A stretch of DNA of 64,000 nt, taken from Octopus vulgaris. Taxonomy: Eukaryota. The stretch covers positions 16,802,001 to 16,866,000 of the forward strand of contig OX597827.1 of NCBI GenBank assembly GCA_951406725.2, given 5' to 3'. Of the stretch, positions 14,830 through 27,060 are shown in pieces; within the stretch, counting starts at the first letter, position 1, and the number at the start of each line of letters is the position of its first letter. A program made the position numbers and the translations under genes. The notes beneath the pieces were generated by a model, which did no database searches, had not been told where the DNA came from, and saw only the letters and a list, made by a program, of their open reading frames with translations.

Positions 14830-14831
<2 letters not shown>

Positions 14832-14920
14832 CTTTCCTTCTTTCCTGAGCGTCCAATAATACTATATTTGTTCCACGTCCTCGTGTTGTGTTTTTTTGTG
14901 CTTTATTGTTTGGATTAACT
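14830..14920 (+). mobile_element. 3' fragment of hammerhead element family P1, lacking the ribozyme part
   Basis: Matches 27248-27338; lies between (TA)n tracts. Confidence 0.75.
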
Positions 14921-15317
14921 ATATATATATACATACATACATACATACATATATATATGTGTGTGTATGTATGTATGCAGATATGAAATAATATTTTTGT
15001 CTATCTCTCTCTCATATTTCCTTTTTGAAGTTATATTCGCTTCCTAATTTTTCGCGTAATTTTTTTTTGTGTGTGTCAAGCTTATGGTATATATTCTTCA
15101 GCATCTAATAACAAATGCTATTTTTTTTTTTACTTCATTTCTAATATTTATTTACATTCCAACTGCTGGAGAAATAGTAGATATTCATTATATAAACATA
15201 TAAGTCCATTATTGAAACGTGTAAAATGTTTATTTGAATAAATCCTTTCAAATGTATGTATACATGCACGCATATATAGATACATACATACACACACACA
15301 GACACCCACGCATATCC

Positions 15318-15375
<58 letters not shown>

Positions 15376-15399
15376 GCATATATATGTAAATATATGCGT

Positions 15400-15437
<38 letters not shown>

Positions 15438-15533
15438 GTGTACAAATGTAAGTATATAGATGCCTCTATACACATATAAGTACATGCAGGAATATTTGCA
15501 CACGTACCTACACACACATGTACATACATACAT

Positions 15534-15588
<55 letters not shown>

Positions 15589-15791
15589 TACACATGAAAT
15601 GTATATATACAAATGTATTTGTTAAACATGTATCAATTGGGGAAAAGTACCCGTTTTCACCGAATGTCTGAGCTAACGAATAGTAGCATATACATTATAT
15701 GCGTATACAATATTGGTAATATATACCCTGCTCAGAGAACTTAAACACGCCATCACTATTACAGAAATTATTGAAAATTTCAAAAATATCT

Positions 15792-16014
15792 TATTTCTTT
15801 ATTACTCACAAGGAGCTAAACATAGAGGGGACAAACAAAGGGGAGTAAGTCGATTACATCGACCCCAGTGCGAAACTGGTACTTAATTTATCGACCCCGA
15901 AAGGATAAAAAGGCAAAGTCGACCTCGGCGGAATTTGAACTCAGAACGTAACGGTAGACGAAATACTGCAAAGCATTTCGCCCGGCGCACTAACGTTTCT
16001 GCCAGTTCGCCGCC
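15792..16014 (-). mobile_element. SINE-A monomer
   Basis: Similarity to other A copies. Confidence 0.92.
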
Positions 16015-16030
16015 TTTTTAAAAGAATATC

Positions 16031-16573
16031 TACGAGGGGCGGGAGTGCTGAAAAGTTTCTGGCTTTGGGTATAAAAAATATAGGAGGCTCAGTTAATTAT
16101 GATATTATCCAACATATTCCCCTCAGATTCACACACTTATTGCAGCGGTCGTTCAGATTTTGTATACTCTGTAAAAGAACTCGGAACGTTGAGCCTCTAA
16201 CTATGCCTTTTACGATACCCTTAAAGCCAGGAACTTTTGTGAAGGCACATGGCCTAACGGTTAGAGCAGCGGACTCGCGGTCGAGGGATCGCAGGTTCGA
16301 ATCTCAGACCGGGCGATGTGTTTGTTTATGAGCGAAAACGCCTTAGCTCCACGCGGCTCCGGCAGAAGGTAATGGCGAAACTTCTGCTGACTCTTTCGCC
16401 ACAACTTTCTCTCAATCTTTCCTCCTGCATCTTGCAGTTCACCTGCGACAGACCGGCGTCCCGTCCAGGTGGGGAACCTATACGCCAAGGAAACCGGGAA
16501 ACATGCCCTTATGAGCCAGGGATGGCTCGAGAAGGAACAAACAACAACAGGAACTTTTCAGTACACCTTCTTA
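16031..16573. mobile_element. Short mariner-type MITE whose right TIR is interrupted by SINE-F
   Basis: Left TACGAGGG...GTGCTGAAAAGTTTCTGGCTTT; right AAAGCCAGGAACTTTT[SINE]CAGTACACC. Confidence 0.7.
16240..16547 (+). mobile_element. tRNA-derived SINE-F
   Basis: Box A TGGCCTAACGG, box B GGTTCGAATC, (AAC)n tail, TSD CAGGAACTTTT. Confidence 0.92.
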
Positions 16574-16577
16574 TATA

Positions 16578-16649
<72 letters not shown>

Positions 16650-16899
16650 GTAGAATTAAATTATTTAAGTTTGCGGTCGGTAAAATTTGTAAAAGTTAAT
16701 ACTATAAATTTTTGAATTGCATTCAGTTGTGGCAGAAGATAGATGAGGTTGATGTGGTAGAGTCGGGACCGGAAGTACGTGTGATTAGTTGTAACGATGA
16801 ATTAGTAGAGCAATGGTATCTCATTAATCTTTATCATCAGCTGGAAGTCTTTCGGTGACCGGGGGGGGGGGGGAGGAGGAGGAGGGGGGCGACTGGTCC

Positions 16900-17535
16900 T
16901 ATAGTAGATAAATGAGTTATTATTATAAATATGCTTAACAGCGGCATCGGCATCGGTGTTGTGATAAATTGACTTGAAGATTGTGTCTCGTTTCCTGAAG
17001 CTGTTTCTTGATAATGAGATATTTAAGGCTCTAAAAATATTAATAATGAACGTCGCTTTCTGTAGACAAATTGACGTACGAACCAATGACGTTATTAAGA
17101 GATTTCCAGACAAGAGAGAGAGAGAGAGAGCTCGGATTTATTGAGTAATGATTCATCATCTCCATCATTTTACCAACGTTGTTACCTTTAACGAGAGCTT
17201 CCTCCACAATATCTTTTCCTGTTAACGTTTGGAATGCAGGATGATTTTTTGCATCTTCTAACCAGGTCTTGACATAATCTTTTGCGACATGTACTTCACC
17301 TGCCATCTGAAATATAAAACGTTAATCTCTTACTTCAAATCCTTCAAATCGTACTCTGGTATTCTACAGTACCTTCCATAAATTTACTAAATTCAATATT
17401 GCCGGATAAATATTGCCGGATACTTATTGCCGGATAAATATTGCCGGATAAATCCAATGTTGCCGGATAAATTCAATATTGCCGGATAAAATTTGTAGTT
17501 CTTGGTGTTATTGAGAATTAACCTTGGGTGCTTCC
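16900..17535 (-). mobile_element. Possible pogo/Tigger-like transposase C-terminal remnant
   Basis: ORF 17040-17306 DYVKTWLED...PAFQTLTGKDIVEEAL resembles Tigger/Jerky C-termini; judged from memory, TIRs not found. Confidence 0.4.
17390..17490. repeat. Minisatellite, six copies of core TTGCCGGATA
   Basis: Visible directly; 14-20 bp period. Confidence 0.9.
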
Positions 17536-17854
17536 TTAACCCCTTGGCAACGGTTGACGCAAATGTGCGATCACACTTTTGCTTGCCTACCCGCGGTCAA
17601 CGTGAATATACGATGTAGAGCTGCCCTACATCTATCACGGCCTTTTTAGCGGCTGACGTATGTTTACGTTCGCTATCGTGTACTTTATCTCTTGACGTGC
17701 GCGCACTCGCCGTCCCGTGCATTATCTTAGCTATTTTAGGTTACGTTCAAGTCCTGAGACTAGTAGTAGACCAAAGACATGCGGATACTTTTTTTAGTTG
17801 TACCATACGCAAGCTATATTTTGAACTTGAGCCGAATAACTCGTGCATATCATA

Positions 17855-18236
17855 TCTTTATATATAAAAGAAAGGTTGTGTGTCTGTCTACTCCGATTTA
17901 GATTCCTAACTACTCCCACATTTTGCGGTGCAGTTTAACCAAAACCGGGTATCTTATAGTCGTGATTCATATCGAGCACTTCTGGGTATTAGCGCGCGTC
18001 TACGATGAGTCGACGATTTTTAAAATAATTTACCATCATTTTTTCCATTTTAATGCATATTTTTTTTAATATAAGGGAAGTAACTCTCTAAAAATGTCTA
18101 CGATGAGTCAACGATTTAAAAAAAATTTACCATAATATTTTTTCCATTTTTAATGCATTTTTTGGCTATAACTCTCTAAAAATGCTTTATAGTTATTTCC
18201 CTTACAAACCCGAGCAACGCCGGGCGATACTGCTAG
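17855..18236 (+). mobile_element. Non-autonomous Helitron
   Basis: 5' TC, 3' CTAG, inserted between A and T, subterminal hairpin CCCGAGCAACGCCGGG; homologue at 53439. Confidence 0.88.
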
Positions 18237-18527
18237 TTATGATGTATAGCTTTACACAGACGTAAATGTACGACGTCATGTTATTGTAACGTGAACGTAA
18301 ATAGATGCGAGCTCGTTGGCACTTCTGTGTTTATATGAATCGTGAATATATTACCGAGAGAGCTTTATATATATATTTTTGGGAAATTTACATCCCTATG
18401 GGGGGAGTGGAGCGTTCACCAAGCACTCTTAGAATTCAAGCTTAAAAACTGTCCCCGGAAGCAAAATAAGCAAATGAAAAAAAAAATTTTCACCGGTTTA
18501 CACGATAGCCGAATTAAGAGGGTACTG

Positions 18528-18542
18528 ATCTATCTATCTATG

Positions 18543-18621
<79 letters not shown>

Positions 18622-18654
18622 GTATCTATCTATCTATCTATGTATCTATCTATG

Positions 18655-18709
<55 letters not shown>

Positions 18710-18758
18710 GTATCTATCTATCTATCTATGTATCTATCTATCTATCTATGTATCTATG

Positions 18759-18807
<49 letters not shown>
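18528..18807. repeat. (TATC/TATG)n microsatellite
   Basis: Visible directly. Confidence 0.95.
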
Positions 18808-18837
18808 GTGTGTGCGTGGGCACGTGGGCGCGCGCGA

Positions 18838-18875
<38 letters not shown>

Positions 18876-18878
<3 letters not shown>

Positions 18879-19075
18879 TTAAATTACAGATAAAACCACT
18901 ATTAGGCAACTCAAACAGAGATATACATAAACCAAAGCATAAAAACAAAAAATAAATATAATTAATATAATATATGATATATATATAAAATATAAAATTT
19001 AAAATTTAAATTATTAAAATTTAAAATTTTTAAATGTTAAAATTAAAAAAAACATTAAAAAATTTTTTTAGTTAT
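18876..19075. repeat. AT-rich dispersed repeat between TA tracts; inverted copy at 58183-58370
   Basis: ATTAAATTACAGATAAAACCACTATTAGGCA matches the reverse complement of TGCTTAATAGTGGTTTTATCCCTAATTTAAT. Confidence 0.65.
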
Positions 19076-19106
19076 ATATATATATTATACACAAATACAC
19101 ATACGG

Positions 19107-19508
19107 GAAGGAGCATGGCTCAGTGAGGTTGTGAGTTCGAATCCCGGACCAGGCTGCGTGTTGTGTTCTTGTGCAAGACACTTTATTTCATATATGCAGA
19201 TGGCCGTATATCCGGGATCCCCTTTGGTCACGACACTGACCATGGGATTGCACCTAGAAAGTTACCCTCCTAATCACAAGTCTGGGCAAGGTGGTTTATG
19301 GAAAACCAGCAGTCGCCCATGCATACCGGCCTCCCCTCTCCACGCCACCAGTGTTATCCAAGGGAAAGGCAAAGGGGTTGACACAGCTTGGGACCCGTGA
19401 CGTCGCAACTCATTTCTACAGCTGAGTGAACTGGAGCAACGTGAAATAAAGTGTCTTGCTCAAGAACACAACACGCAGCCCGGTCCGGGATTCGAGCTCA
19501 CAACCTCA

Positions 19509-19512
<4 letters not shown>
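19107..19512. mobile_element. H-type SINE (minus, ~19200-19512) facing a plus-strand H head fragment (19107-19190)
   Basis: 68-bp inverted repeat 19123-19190 / 19442-19509 containing box B (GTTCGAATCCC). Confidence 0.8.
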
Positions 19513-19569
<57 letters not shown>

Positions 19570-19714
19570 GCATAATCTGGCTTAATTGCAAACAAAAATA
19601 TAACGGTGAGACTGGAAACTGCTTTTGTCAACGTGCAAGAAAGAATTCATAGATGACATATTAAACAAATATATAAAACTTGAATACCTCTACAAACAGT
19701 GCGTATAATTATAC

Positions 19715-19769
<55 letters not shown>

Positions 19770-19770
<1 letters not shown>

Positions 19771-19938
19771 CGAGAGTTTACGAAAAAAAAAAGACGAAAA
19801 CAGGTGGTGTACAAACAAACAGATGTATTAGTATAACGCTTAGGAACAGAAAAAGTCTTTTACGTTTCGAGCCTACGCTCTTCTACAGAAAGGGACACAG
19901 AAAAAAACAAGGAGAGAAACAAGGAGAGAAAAAAATGT
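19770..19938 (-). mobile_element. Short (TA)n-embedded element, family P2 (Penelope-like terminus)
   Basis: Homologous to 53189-53365 and 62455-62625; contains a hammerhead-like motif. Confidence 0.75.
19857..19892 (-). ncRNA. Minimal type I hammerhead ribozyme-like motif (A6U variant)
   Basis: CUUU-CUGUAGA-A-GAGC(GUAG)GCUC-GAAAC-GUA-AAAG; stems I and II pair, stem III is palindromic ACGU. Confidence 0.65.
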
Positions 19939-20031
19939 GTATATATATATATTGCATATATATATATTTATATTTATACACACACACAAACACATATATC
20001 CACCCCCATATATATATATATATATACAGAC

Positions 20032-20102
<71 letters not shown>

Positions 20103-20651
20103 TGTTTGTAGAGGTATACAAGTTCTATATATTGGTAAAAGAAAAGTCAGAATTTGGATAAATACTATTTATTGAGCGCTTTCATTCCATTCATTGATTC
20201 GTCAAGAATTGTGGACTGTTAAAAGGTTGCATAGGGGATGGGGGTGTATTTAGACGCTCTTTGTCATTCTGAATATAAATGCATATATATGTGTGAATGT
20301 GTGTGTGGTGAATTAAAAAAAAAAAAGCATATAAGAAATTTTTGGCGGATTGTTTTGCGAAGGAAGAAAAAAAATAAAAGATAAAGATGTTTTCTGGGAT
20401 TGTTGATTTGATGAAATGTCAAAAGAGGTCAAACTCTATCGTTTACAATAAATTGTTGTTTTTAGTAAATGGCAAACAAGGTTTTTGTTCGACTTTTCAG
20501 TGGTTCTTATTGAAGAACGAGATAGAAGAAAAGGCTTTTAGCTATAGATTTCACCAAGTTATTTGCGAAGGCTATTAAATGTGTGTGAGAATGTGTGTGA
20601 AGGTGTGTGTGAGCTGATTGTTTAAGAGAAAAAATTTCTAGTAATTTTAAT

Positions 20652-20939
20652 AGTCACCGTCACTGTCACCGACCAGGCTATCAGATGTTGCTACATATCG
20701 CTGGTCACAATGCGCTTCGCATTGTTTTAGCCTTCAAATGACGCCATCCCGTTGGCTAAGCGAGCAGACAAACAGAAGAAAGAGCCAGAGAAAGTTGTGG
20801 CGAAAGAGTACTGCAGGGATCGCCACCATCCCCTGCCGGAGCCTCGTGGAGATTTAGGTGTTTTCGCTCAATAAACACTCACAACGCCCGATCTGGGAAT
20901 CGAAACCGCTGCCCTAACCACTAGGCCATTGCGCCTCCA
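20652..20939 (-). mobile_element. SINE with G-type head and a third tail type
   Basis: Head TGGAGGCGCAATGGCCTAGTGGTTAGGGCAGCGG; TSD ATTTTAATAGT. Confidence 0.85.
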
Positions 20940-21953
20940 ATTTTAATAGTAGCAATAAGAATATCATCATATACAGTGATCAGTTGGTTTCGTATATATA
21001 TGTATATATAATGTTTAAATCAAATAATACATAAGGCACTTTGCATGAGCATTATAGAAGTAGTATTCAATACCTTAAAAAGAATTATGAACGGTAAACA
21101 ATACCATTTTTTAGGTATTCATAAATACATACATACACACATATATACATACGTACATGTCTACACTCGTCCACACTGGCAGGGAAAGAAACGAGCCAGT
21201 TGGTGGTTATTTTCTTGAATGAGAATCGTGGTAATTCAACAAAGCTTATTATTTGAAACATAACTTTTATATTCTTTGTCAAGGGTTAAACAAAAAGCAA
21301 AAAAAAAAAAAAGAAAAAAGAAAAAAATTCCCCCCAAATCTGTTACTTCAATCAGAACATAGACAAATAATTCTCAACTAAAAGCTTCTTCATAAACAAC
21401 ATTCATAGATTTTTCCACCTGAAGCATTAACATTCAGATTGTTCTGGCTTCCTACATGATTGACACTTGAAGAAATAAACAAATGTTTGAAGTTCAAAAG
21501 TTCCCTGGTGTGTCTGTTGGTATATTCATCCAGAAATGAAGAATTACTTTCTCTTCTTAGGTAAGGATCTATTCTTGTTTTTTCCTGATTTCAAATCGTT
21601 GTTTACAAAGGTATTTTCGTTGTTGTTGCTGATAATGTTGTCGTTATCCATGTTATTGATGTTCTTGTTTCGTGTATTTGCTCACATATTTTGTATACTA
21701 TGTATAATTTTAGTTCATTTCTCATTTCTTCCTCCTCTCTTTTTCTTCTCATCTTTTATTTGAACCCCGACACAAATTGCAGATTGTCCAGTTCTATATT
21801 TAAGAGAGGAGAAATTATGTACGTTATTTACATTATTTATATTCGACGCATATTTGTCCTCAACTTGTTTGTTGCTAAAACAACGTTTCGGCTGTCTTGG
21901 GGGGAAATTTCGAACCTGAATTCTCATTCCTAAGGTATTTTCCGTTGTTGTTG

Positions 21954-22038
<85 letters not shown>

Positions 22039-22118
22039 CACCATCATCATTCAGGTCACTGCTTGGAATCGAACTTGGAATAATAATAATAACAATAATT
22101 ATAATAATAATAATAATA

Positions 22119-22656
22119 AAATGCCCTGATGCAGTACCAGGTAGTGTATCTCGTGGCTTCTGATCTTAACCGATTGGAAGTGTTATCATGTACATTGTTT
22201 TGTCTCGGTATAAAAGATGGTCTACAGCAAATATTCTGCTCAATACCACAGATTTGCTTGTCAGTAGTTTGATCTTAACCAGTTGAGCATGTCCCTTAGT
22301 GGCTGACGATATGTGCATCTCTGATCACGAGCAGATGTAGTGGGCGGTGGGGGGGGCATCATAGCCATGTGTTGAGAGGGATTCTTTGGGGTTTGAATAA
22401 TTCACCTGGAAACATGGGTGTTTCGTTCAACATCCTTAAACAACCCTTATTCAGGGACCTGAAGAAAATTCTAACTGGGCCCTACCTGCAAGGTCATGTG
22501 CTGTTCATCTTGATATGAGATCACCATCTCGCGCACACATGGTTGTGATGCATGTGCCTAGTGTACCCTTATCAGACGGGTAGTCATGATGGGTATATCT
22601 GGCTTCGTATATTTTAACCCAGTGTCACTTTGATGGCATGCACTGCTCTCTCACTC
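22119..22656 (+). mobile_element. ~540-bp (AAT)n-associated retroposon, copy 2
   Basis: AAT tracts on both sides; homologous to 811-1329 and 37037-37360. Confidence 0.85.
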
Positions 22657-22728
22657 AATGGTAATAATAATAATAATGATAATAATAATAATAATAATAA
22701 CAACAACAACAACAACAACAACAACAGC

Positions 22729-22819
<91 letters not shown>

Positions 22820-22823
<4 letters not shown>

Positions 22824-23640
22824 CCTGAAACAGAAGGGTTTATCACAGCAGCTCAAGATCAATGTCTACCAACAAGAAACTACTAGGCCAACATATTAAA
22901 AAAACGGTAGCTTCCCAACATGTGCATGTCAACAACGAAATGAAACCATTGACCAAGTTGTCTCCAAGTGCAGTCTTCTTGCGTCTACAGAGTATCTCAG
23001 CAGGCATGATAGAGCTGCACAATATATTCAGTGGGTAATTTGTACCATGATAGAAGCTGATGGGAACACAAACGACCTCCAGTGCTTGAAAATGATCACA
23101 TCTCACTCCTCTGGGACTTCACCATTCAAACTGACAGAAAGATAGATGCAAATAGGCCAGACATCATATTGAAAGACTTCAAAAAAAATCCTGCCTCCTC
23201 ATTGATATGGCTCTCCCAATCATTACAAAAGTGTCTGTCAAAACCTGCCAAAAACTGAGCAAGTATAAAATCTTGAAATCTGAAGACTAAAGCAATACAT
23301 GTTGTCATAGGTGCCTTGGGAATGGTAGAAAAAGGGGCTGATTGCTACCTAGCTCAGATACCAGGAAACCCCAAAATGGCAGAAATTCAACACATAGTGC
23401 ACACGGGAAGTGCCCATATCCTACGCAAAATACTTTCTATGTAATCTCAAATTTGAAAACAAGCACGAACATTTCTTATGGTTTTCTTAAACATTCTCTA
23501 GAACAACACTATGTACAAAACCAAATATATGGCACCCTAGGCATAACACCAACATGAACTTCTAACTTGTCTCTTGAGGTCTCTGGGTGAGACTTGGAGC
23601 CAACTTGTACAATTGCAAAGAAAAGTCGAATATAAAATAA
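22820..23640 (+). mobile_element. Degraded R4/Dong-like LINE 3' fragment
   Basis: KPETEGFITAAQDQ, LWDFTIQTDRKIDANRPDII and VIGALGM motifs in broken frames; AAT-flanked. Confidence 0.85.
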
Positions 23641-23657
23641 TGATAACAACAGCAATG

Positions 23658-23707
<50 letters not shown>

Positions 23708-23915
23708 CCTTTCTACTGAAGGCACAAGACCTGAAATCTTGGGGCTAGTCGATTACATCGACCCCAGTACTTGATTGGTATTTATTTTATCGACCCTGAC
23801 TGATGTTACGCAAAGTCGGCCTCGGCAGAATTTGAACTCAGAACGTAAAGACTGACGAAATGCCTATAAGCACTTTTTTGCCTGACGCGCTTAACTATTT
23901 TGCCAGGTCGCCGCC

Positions 23916-23916
<1 letters not shown>
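23708..23916 (-). mobile_element. SINE-A2 copy in an AAT tract
   Basis: A-family core and head. Confidence 0.8.
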
Positions 23917-23975
<59 letters not shown>

Positions 23976-23980
23976 TGATG

Positions 23981-24074
<94 letters not shown>

Positions 24075-24076
<2 letters not shown>

Positions 24077-25313
24077 GCACGTAACAAGGTGTTAGCTATA
24101 AATTCCTTAGCAGTTCCAGTTGTTACTTATAGCTACAATGTGTTGAACTGGAATATGAGTGAAGTAAAGAATATAGATAGAAAAATACGCAAGCTGCTGA
24201 GTTGTAATAGGATGCACCACCCAAAGGTAGACGTAGATCGCCTTTACCTTCCCAGAGCCCAAGGAGGTCGAGGCCTGATCCAATTTGAACTAGCTTACAA
24301 AACAACCACAATTGGACTGGCCACATATCTCGAAATATCGAATGACTGGATGCTAAAGCTCGTGGAAAATCACGAGAGACGAAAGAAGTTTCATTCTATC
24401 ATCAAGGAAAGCAAAAAATTTGCTATTGATCTCGTGCAGGATACCCAAACTGAACAACCCGAGGGAAGTACGGCAACTATTGTTGCAAAGAAGGTGAAAA
24501 TGATGGCAATGAAAAATGAAAAAAGCGCACGAGCAATTGGCTGATAGGTGGGAGGAGAAACCTCTGCACGGCAAATATGTGACCCGCAGCAAACAAGCTG
24601 ATGTTGACCAGAAGCAAACCCATCAGTGGCTGCGGAGCTCAGGGCTAAAAGCAGAGAGTGAAGGTTTCATCCTGGCTGCTCAAAACCAAAGCCTATTAAC
24701 CCGGAACTACCAGGCCAATGTGATGAAAAATGGAGCAGACCCAAAATGCCGATTCTGCAACGACATGATTGAAACAGTGGACCACCTAATCTCTGGATGT
24801 AAAGTCTTAGCACCAGTGGAGTATAAATTAAGACATGACAGAGTTGGCCAATATCTCCACTGGCTAATAAGTCGGCATTACAATATCAAAACTGCCGACA
24901 AGTGGTATAATCACCACCCTGAGGCTGTAACTGAAGGAGAAAATGTAACCATTCTGTGGGACTTTCCAGTACATACAGACCGAACCATCAAGGCCAATAA
25001 ACCAGATATTGTTGTGAAAGACCAAAACAATAAAGTTTGCTTATTGATCGACATGAGCATCCCCTGTGATCATAATATCTCAGCGAAAGAGTTTGACAAG
25101 CTCAGAAAATATAAAGACCTACTCATTGAAATTGAGAAAATGTGGCATCTCAAGGCGGTTACAATACCAGTGATCGTAGGAGCACTAGGAATGATCAAGA
25201 AGGGAACCGAAAATTATATGAGAATGATCCCTGGCTTACCATCCCTGCAAGAAGTGCAAAAGATTGTCTTAACTGGTACATCACACGTATTGAGAAGAGC
25301 ATTGTCGATGTGA
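24075..25313 (+). pseudogene. Partial RT thumb / zinc knuckle / restriction-like endonuclease ORF with one frameshift near 24515
   Basis: HPKVDVDRLYLPRAQGGRGL, CRFC...HLISGC, RHDRV, KPDIV...IDMSIP...KLRKY; frameshift at an ATGAAAA duplication. Confidence 0.9.
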
Positions 25314-25490
25314 GAACTGTTGCTGCTCATGTATTTTAATTTAACTTAAAAAAAAAAAAAAAAAAAAAATGAACGAACTACTGAGTTTGGTTTAATGGCC
25401 TACCAATATACACTATGAGTTTCTTTGCCCTAGGAGTCGGGAAGACACTCGGCAAGAAATGGAAGAAAATTTGAAAGAAGAAAAAAAAAG
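24075..25490 (+). mobile_element. 5'-truncated R4/Dong-clade non-LTR retrotransposon inserted in (AAT)n
   Basis: RT thumb, CCHC knuckle and RLE coding region plus 3' UTR; AAT repeats at both ends. Confidence 0.92.
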
Positions 25491-25514
25491 TAATAATAAT
25501 AATAATATTAATAA

Positions 25515-26430
25515 AAATTAGGCAGCGATTATCCCAGGATTAATGCCTATCTACAAGAAGCTATCAGGCTAACATCTTAAAGAACGGCAGTAGCCCAACA
25601 TGCGTATGTAAACAACAAAATGAAACCATCGATCATGTCTCTATCTGCAACCTTCTTACACCTACAGAGTATCTCAACAGGCATGAAAGAGCAGCGGAAT
25701 ATGTTCACTGGTTAATTTGCAAAGACTTGGACCTGCCCTATGATGAAGACTTGTGGGAACACAAACCGTGTTTTTGCTGCTCAAGTTGACAGATGCAAAG
25801 ATAGATGCAAAGAGTACAGACGTTATATTGAATGATTTCAGATAAAAATCATGTCTCCTCATCGATATGACTGTCCCAGTCGACATAAATATACCAAGGT
25901 CTACCACCAAAAACTGAGCAATTAAGACCTAGAAATAGAAATTGGCAAAATATGGAACCTCAAGAATAAAACAAAATACCTGTTGTTATAGGTGCCTGAG
26001 GAATGATAGCAGAAGAGGCTGATTGCTACCTGTCTGGATACCAGAAAATCGAAATATAGAAGAAATAAAAAAAATAGTGCACATGGGAACTGCGCATAAC
26101 CTACGAAAAATATTGTCTATATAATCCCACAAACACTTTAATCTGTAAATATTGTCAAAAATACATTTATATGTACACAATAACAAACACCTTTTGCTGT
26201 CATTTTAAGATCATACTATCATCTTATAAAGAAATTACTTTTAAAACAAACAAACTTCTAATTTTCTTATGTTTTGACAGACATTCTCTAGAACAATACT
26301 TTGTGCAAAACCAAAACTATGGCGCCTTAATCATAGCATCAGCTCGAACTTCTATCTTGTCTCTTGAGGTTTCTGGGTGAGAGTTGGAGTCAACTTGTAA
26401 AAATACAAAGCCAAATTCAAACATATAATA
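25515..26430 (+). mobile_element. Degraded R4/Dong-like LINE 3' fragment
   Basis: Colinear with 22820-23640 (CLLIDMTVP, VIGA*GMI, shared 3' UTR). Confidence 0.8.
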
Positions 26431-26488
26431 AGAATAATATTTTTTGTGAGTGACTTTTGGTTCATTCTGTATATATATTTGTATATAT

Positions 26489-26561
<73 letters not shown>

Positions 26562-26736
26562 GTTTAAATATTTGTTGTGCAAGATTTTTTATGTGAAGCC
26601 GTGTGTTGAAACAGATATTGTTGTATTTAGGAATGGTCATTTTGCCAGTTTAGCCAATAAAAACACACGCACTATATATTTGGTGTTACTTTGCTTCAGT
26701 GTTATTTATTTTTTACATTAATCTTCATCTTATTTC

Positions 26737-26781
26737 GGCCAGAGTTCTTTCGTCACACTCCTGTGACCGCATCAGTGGTCC
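26737..26781 (-). ncRNA. Type I hammerhead ribozyme-like motif (left arm)
   Basis: Exact reverse complement of 26904-26948. Confidence 0.7.
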
Positions 26782-26903
26782 TTTGTTTTCTTCTTATTGA
26801 CGATTGTTTAAGAAAAAGTGCTACGGGGACGTGTTACTTCGCAACTCACGCTTAAAAATAACGGTTAGTAAGGAGAGACACAAATAAGTAAGAAGAAAAC
26901 AAA

Positions 26904-26948
26904 GGACCACTGATGCGGTCACAGGAGTGTGACGAAAGAACTCTGGCC
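26904..26948 (+). ncRNA. Type I hammerhead ribozyme-like motif (A9C variant)
   Basis: GGACCA-CUGAUGC-G-GUCACA(GGAG)UGUGAC-GAAA-G(AA)C-UC-UGGCC; predicted cleavage after C26943. Confidence 0.7.
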
Positions 26949-27060
26949 GAAATAAAATTAAGATTAATGTAAAAAATAAATAACACTGAAGCAAAGTAAC
27001 ACCAAATATATAGTGCGTGTGTTTTTATTGGCTAAACTGGCAAAATGACCATTCCTAAAT

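Noticed and set aside
16240-16320. tRNA genes (also at 35679, 39080, 47930, 62627)
   Set aside because: Box A/B are present but there is no complete acceptor stem; they continue into SINE bodies, most with TSDs.
17536-21289. piggyBac-like element (TTAACCCCTTGGCAACG ... CTTTGTCAAGGGTTAA)
   Set aside because: Only ~10/12 TIR match and no transposase remnant; could be chance.
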